NCBI GenBank assembly: GCA_002633005.1
Contig: NMRA01000056.1
Span: 505,165-569,164 of the forward strand
DNA length: 64,000 nucleotides
Direction: 5' to 3'
Source: Phoronis australis
Lineage: Eukaryota; Animalia; Phoronida
The translations under genes and the position numbers were made by a program. The stretch's first letter is position 1, and every line of letters starts with the position of its first letter. The notes under the pieces were generated by a model. The model ran no database searches and had not been told where the DNA came from. It saw only the letters and a program-made list of their open reading frames with translations. Below, piece after piece: positions 61,601 through 64,000 of the stretch.

Positions 61601-63603
61601 CAGCCATGACCCACCTAGACAAGATCAAGGTGTGGGGCAAGTCAATCCGCGTGGCGCCGTCCAAGCACCCTGTGGTGCAGATGCCGACCGAGCAGCAGAC
61701 GGATGGCGGCAAGCTGACCAAGGACTATACCAACTCGCCGCTGCACCGGTTCAAGAAGAAAGGCTCCAAGAACTACCAGAATATCTACCCGCCCTCTGCC
61801 ACTCTCCACCTCTCCAACATTCCGTGAGTTACCATTCTGTGAAAGTTTTGTCGCAGCTAAACTACAGCCCTACGCTTGTGGTTAGATCGTCATGCCATTT
61901 ATGCTCGTGACAGACACACTTTAACTGCAACTCGCATATGTTTTGCCAAATTGGCAGCAACAAGATGGGGCTAGTCTCTCTGCAGGGTGGCAAGGGTTAA
62001 CTAGCTGCCCAACTAACCATGCAGTAGCTGTCCAGAGCTTTCTTATACACACAAGGGCGTTGTCGGCTTGACAAAATATTGGTGCCTGTTGTTCTCTGGT
62101 TCAACTAGGCACAGGGATTGGCATCATTTCTAAAATCTTTTGGTCAATTTGAGCATACCTGTAGCTCCTTTACGGTGATCAGTGATTTCTCCAGCCATCT
62201 TCAGGTGTTGCAGTGTTCAGTGAGGAACAAACACGGGAATGTGGTACACTTGTTGTGGTCAGTGATGAGACACTTTTTGGGACTTCTTAATTTTCCGTGG
62301 GGTAAGATGGGATTTAAACCGGGGATTTTTGGATTGTCACTCCAGCTGTCCAACCACTACAACACAGAGTTAGCATGACTTAGAAACAGTTTTGCTAAGT
62401 TACCAGGATTGGCTTATACATTCACAGTCTGCGACTATGGCCCTTAATTTCAAGCCTAGTGTCGGTAACTAAACACTTAGATGCGACTATAATCCTGCAT
62501 TCGGTCCAAGAAGCCAACTTTTGCTTCCGACCACTTACTGCACTATACTTGGTCTCCACTGGGTTCTGATGAGAAGTGATTACTGGGGTTTGCAAAAAGC
62601 TGATTCAGAAAGTTTTTTATTTGTTGAGACTATGCTAGACGTATACAGTGGCATGTCAACTTGCAGAGCATGATCTCAAGCAATAACAAACTGTCCGTTC
62701 TATTCAAGTCTCAAAATCACTTCAAATATGACTGTAAAGTAACAGTTTGAGACCAGTTTGATCATGATTAGAGGTCCACATCAAAATTTGGTTTTTGCAA
62801 CTTTAAGTAGGTTTGCAGCTGGTTTTAATTGGATGTGAGCATTAGTTTGACATTTTACGGTTTTCCTTCCAGACCTGATGTCAAGGGTGAGGACCTGCAG
62901 GAAGCCTTCAGGAAGACAGGTGGCACTGTAGTCGCCTTCAAGTTCTTTGAGTGAGTCTCTCTCTGTATTGATGTATTTTAGGACATTTAATGGATCTTTT
63001 AGGCAACTTGTGACAATTTTTCATTTTTGGAGCATAGTATGGTGGGCAAGTTAATTTTTTGTCTAATTTCTTGACAAACCTATCTTTGTTGGAGAATTTG
63101 TTTTGGTTTTAGCATGTTTTGTATAGTATAGTTGTCACCAAAACAATTGGAATTTTGACCGTTTGTGGCTATGTAAGAAGCAAAAAGGATGTTTCAGCAA
63201 TTAATTTTGCCCCAAATTTTTTTACCCTAGCCATTCAAAGCGTGTCGTTTCACAACACACGTCATGCAGCCGGTGGCTAATGAAAACTGCCTGTTCCATT
63301 AATTCATTTGTAGGTGCTGTCTCAGTACCTATTTATTGGTCCAAACATATGAGCAACACGAAGTCCGACAGTTGTTACGCTAGAGGATATGCAGCTTTAA
63401 AATGAAGCTTGAAAGTTTGGCAGTTCTTCGGTGTGGCATCTTCAACTTGAGGTGCAAAATATCCCTCAGTCCACTAGGAATTCAGGCGAGATCCGTTGTA
63501 ATGAAGCACAAACCTTAATTTTTTTTCTTGTGCTTCCAGAAAAGACCACAAGATGGCGCTGATACAGATGGGCTCTATTGACGATGCTGTCATGGCTCTT
63601 ATT
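4612..63603 (+). CDS. PTBP1: Multi-exon polypyrimidine tract-binding protein gene (PTBP/hephaestus orthologue), truncated at both ends by the window
   Basis: Spliced exons give RGSDELL...DAKKAKLD, RRM1 (SKVVHIR..GLPFGK), RRM2 ([35 protein letters not shown]), RRM3 ([34 protein letters not shown]) and RRM4 ([26 protein letters not shown]). Intron phases are mutually consistent. PTBP1 is used as the family symbol, since invertebrates usually have one co-orthologue (heph). Confidence 0.97.
5217..5244 (+). CDS. PTBP1: Candidate 28-nt PTBP exon 2b (24 nt if the 5221 acceptor is used): in-frame TAG then ATG GCA ACG CAG (MATQ)
   Basis: Long CU-rich tract at 5152-5214, tandem acceptors CAG/CTAG, consensus donor CAG|GTGAGT, ATG at 5233 in GTCATGG context. 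Confidence 0.55.
8015..8200 (+). repeat. Dispersed repeat with an inverted copy at ~41305-41490
   Basis: Shared CCAATCGCAA..GTAAAATGGCGGCTTGGAAA..TCACTCAAA..AGGTCAATT. Both ORF translations contain VKWRLGNE. Confidence 0.8.
8700..8995 (-). pseudogene. Degenerate THAP zinc-finger fragment (DNA-transposon relic)
   Basis: [13 protein letters not shown]...KFFAF...W...HDRV* matches the THAP layout M-x-C-x4-C..F-x-F-P..W..RVCxxHF, but is interrupted at RVC. Confidence 0.5.
13440..13680. repeat. MITE-like repeat with an internal ~99-bp duplication (TTAAGCGCCC motif family; relatives near 10755-10958, 12625-12670, 19325-19410)
   Basis: Two copies of GGTTAAG(C/T)GCCCATGC..TTTCTCGAAATTTCCAATT..CATCTT.GGGTTAAG. 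Confidence 0.6.
14685..14845. repeat. Tandem duplication of an ~80-bp unit
   Basis: ACGGATTAAG..CACAAAGTC..TTTGATGTCTCAG..GCTGGTCTTGCTTTA occurs twice. Confidence 0.85.
15016..16264 (+). mobile_element. Non-autonomous Helentron-associated element (HINE/DINE-1-like) with an internal array of 8 ~140-bp units
   Basis: 5' T-run, subTIR ATGCACCCAC and nearby inverted GTGGACGCAT, then a (CCGT)n microsatellite and the tandem core array. The 3' end has subTIR GTGGGCGCAT (16230-16239), hairpin CAACGC-TCT-GCGTTG and CTCTTGTT. It is inserted at a T-run inside another repeat. Confidence 0.8.
17111..17341 (+). other. Candidate alternative PTBP first or internal exon ending ATG AAG (MK); 5' boundary uncertain
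   Basis: ATG at 17336, then AAG|GTAAGA donor in phase 0, which would give MK-RGSDELL. Possible acceptor TCAACAG ending at 17110. Kozak context is weak. Confidence 0.35.
17866..20259. mobile_element. 2.4-kb non-autonomous TIR DNA transposon (hAT-like CAGGG ends)
   Basis: TIRs CAGGGCTCGA / TCGAGCCCTG, multiple subterminal (G/T)GACCTGG motifs at both ends, flanking direct repeat TACTG, no transposase ORF. Confidence 0.75.
26137..26410 (+). CDS. PTBP1: Candidate 274-nt PTBP exon 2c encoding a Pro/Gln/Ala/Met-rich N-terminal extension ending AFKREALK
   Basis: GC-rich coding-like ORF (ATG at 26150) after the tract CCTTTTCTCTCAC..CTAG. Donor AAG|GTATGA is in phase 0 and gives K-RGSDELL. Confidence 0.8.
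26941..27118. repeat. 36-bp minisatellite, about 5 copies (TATGTTA(A/G)CTCACATGTC(A/G)GGAACACCCCAAACGCG)
   Basis: Visible directly; explains the 12-aa repeat in ORF 26908. Confidence 0.9.
32435..33331 (-). mobile_element. Partial HINE/Helentron-like insertion with internal repeats, truncated at an assembly gap
   Basis: Begins (AA)CAAGAG with hairpin CGCTC-GGAG-GAGCG, the reverse of the CTCTTGTT end seen at 16257-16264. It has internal direct repeats and ends at N 33332. Confidence 0.6.
33332..33452. other. Assembly gap (N) followed by an exact 120-bp copy of 32315-32434 (empty-site allele)
   Basis: The sequence is identical at offset 1018 and continues TAATTT instead of the element. Confidence 0.85.
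39404..39505 (+). CDS. PTBP1: PTBP exon [34 protein letters not shown] (NLS/PKA region)
   Basis: GCTAAT branch point, CU tract, TAG acceptor, AAG|GTAT donor; 102 nt, phase 0/0; contains the hallmark RGSDELL. Not shown in this frame in the ORF track. Confidence 0.93.
42288..42440 (+). CDS. PTBP1: PTBP exon, RRM1 N-half ([22 protein letters not shown])
   Basis: TTCCAG acceptor, CAG|GTAAAA donor, 153 nt, phase 0/0. Confidence 0.95.
47802..48071 (+). CDS. PTBP1: PTBP exon, RRM1 C-half to RRM2 start ([21 protein letters not shown])
   Basis: 270 nt, phase 0/0, ends at the non-canonical CAG|GCAAGT donor. Confidence 0.95.
48493..48544 (+). CDS. PTBP1: PTBP exon, RRM2 ([17 protein letters not shown])
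   Basis: TTTTCAG acceptor, GTAAGT donor, 52 nt, phase 0/1. Confidence 0.94.
49182..49240 (+). CDS. PTBP1: PTBP exon, RRM2 ([20 protein letters not shown])
   Basis: TTTTCAG acceptor, GTGAGT donor, 59 nt, phase 1/0. Confidence 0.94.
49850..50018 (+). CDS. PTBP1: PTBP exon, RRM2 end ([26 protein letters not shown])
   Basis: TTACAG acceptor, G|GTAAGT donor, 169 nt, phase 0/1. Confidence 0.96.
52199..52306 (+). CDS. PTBP1: PTBP RRM2-RRM3 linker exon ([36 protein letters not shown])
   Basis: 108 nt, symmetric phase 1/1, GC-rich. Weak AAG acceptor and weak GTACTG donor. Confidence 0.75.
53682..53729 (+). CDS. PTBP1: PTBP linker exon ([16 protein letters not shown])
   Basis: GCTAAC branch point, TTCCAG acceptor, CAG|GTGAGT donor, 48 nt, phase 1/1. 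Confidence 0.85.
54661..55055. mobile_element. About 395-bp foldback MITE (PIF/Harbinger-like) with a CTG target-site duplication
   Basis: Long imperfect TIRs GGCCCGGTCTCCAATCTTTTTACTCGAAA.. / ..TTTCGAGTACAAAGATTAGAGACCGGATC, internal CTCGAA/TTCGAG palindromes, CTG on both flanks (54658-54660 and 55056-55058). Confidence 0.75.
55259..55455 (+). CDS. PTBP1: PTBP exon, Gly/Met-rich linker plus RRM3 start (..[12 protein letters not shown])
   Basis: TGCAG acceptor, CAG|GTACGT donor, 197 nt, phase 1/0. Confidence 0.94.
55940..56970. other. 515-bp near-identical duplication either side of N 56455 (allelic-overlap scaffolding artefact)
   Basis: 55940-56454 vs 56456-56970 differ at about 3 positions, and the junction is exactly the N. 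Confidence 0.85.
57656..57803 (+). promoter_or_regulatory. AG-free, UCUU/CU-rich extended 3' splice region of the 34-nt exon (putative PTB autoregulatory sites)
   Basis: No AG between 57656 and 57801. Several TCTT/TCTTC/CTCT motifs near 57677, 57691, 57771 and 57787. Confidence 0.6.
57804..57837 (+). CDS. PTBP1: PTBP 34-nt RRM3 exon ([12 protein letters not shown]), equivalent to vertebrate PTBP1 exon 11 / PTBP2 exon 10
   Basis: CTAG acceptor, G|GTACGT donor, exactly 34 nt, required to keep the frame. Confidence 0.95.
60030..60122 (+). CDS. PTBP1: PTBP exon, RRM3 ([31 protein letters not shown])
   Basis: CACAG acceptor, GTAAGT donor, 93 nt, phase 1/1. Confidence 0.96.
61604..61823 (+). CDS. 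PTBP1: PTBP exon, RRM3 end to RRM4 start ([17 protein letters not shown])
   Basis: TTTGCAG acceptor, GTGAGT donor, 220 nt, phase 1/2. Confidence 0.96.
62873..62950 (+). CDS. PTBP1: PTBP exon, RRM4 ([25 protein letters not shown])
   Basis: TTCCAG acceptor, GTGAGT donor, 78 nt, phase 2/2. Confidence 0.94.
63540..63603 (+). CDS. PTBP1: PTBP exon, RRM4 ([22 protein letters not shown]); final coding exon expected beyond the window
   Basis: TTCCAG acceptor, GTAAGT donor, 64 nt, phase 2/0. Confidence 0.94.
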
Positions 63604-64000
63604 GTAAGTATGAATAATACTTGTTGGTAAACTGCAAATTGAAGATGGTTTTTTGCTGCATTCATCTTTGGCCGTGGTTCAAAATGTGTTTGTGTTTGCA
63701 GAAGATGGCCATAGAGCCCAAATACTTGATGCAAGCTACTGGGTTTTCCATGTTTACTTTTTATAACGCGTTACACACGAAGGTGATCATGAAGCTTATA
63801 TAATGCGTGATGAACACACTATTTGCATAAGTGGGCCTGATCAAAATTGTAACATATCAGTTGCCTTAGATTTTGCTTTGACTCGTTAATTGTGATACTC
63901 CAGGACATATCTAAAGTATTCAGACACAATGACCCAAAATCCCCGTTGTGACGACAGGGCAGACGTTGAATTCATAGTCAGGGTAACCTTCCCTCATGAT

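Noticed and set aside
63702-63803. TTTGCAG|AAG ATG GCC.. as the final PTBP exon
   Set aside because: The peptide KMAIEPKYLM.. lacks the conserved HN..L....HLRVSFSK end of RRM4, so the true last exon is probably beyond the window.

Overview
This is eukaryotic (invertebrate metazoan, probably bilaterian) genomic DNA, and almost the whole window lies within one + strand gene: a polypyrimidine tract-binding protein orthologue (PTBP1/2/3, Drosophila heph). I reconstructed 14 in-frame core exons by hand (39404-63603; 1647 nt, 549 codons). They run from the RGSDELL N-terminal motif through RRM1-RRM3 and most of RRM4. The first exon and the last coding exon appear to lie outside the window. The ~35 kb upstream of the RGSDELL exon holds three candidate alternative 'exon 2' cassettes (22, 28 and 274 nt, all 3n+1 with phase-0 donors) plus a possible M-K start exon. 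These would retain, extend or break the KRGS NLS/PKA motif. The gene also has the 34-nt RRM3 exon whose skipping gives a premature stop, as in vertebrate PTBP1 exon 11, a duplicated frameshifting acceptor, a GC-AG intron and two symmetric linker exons. The introns carry non-autonomous transposons: a Helentron/DINE-type element with eight same-strand CTCF-like motifs, an apparently heterozygous second such element, a CAGGG-TIR element with a 5-bp TSD, a foldback MITE and a THAP relic. There are also minisatellites and two single-N gaps with allelic duplications. Most entries in the ORF track are spurious. All coordinates were read by eye; no alignments or searches were run.
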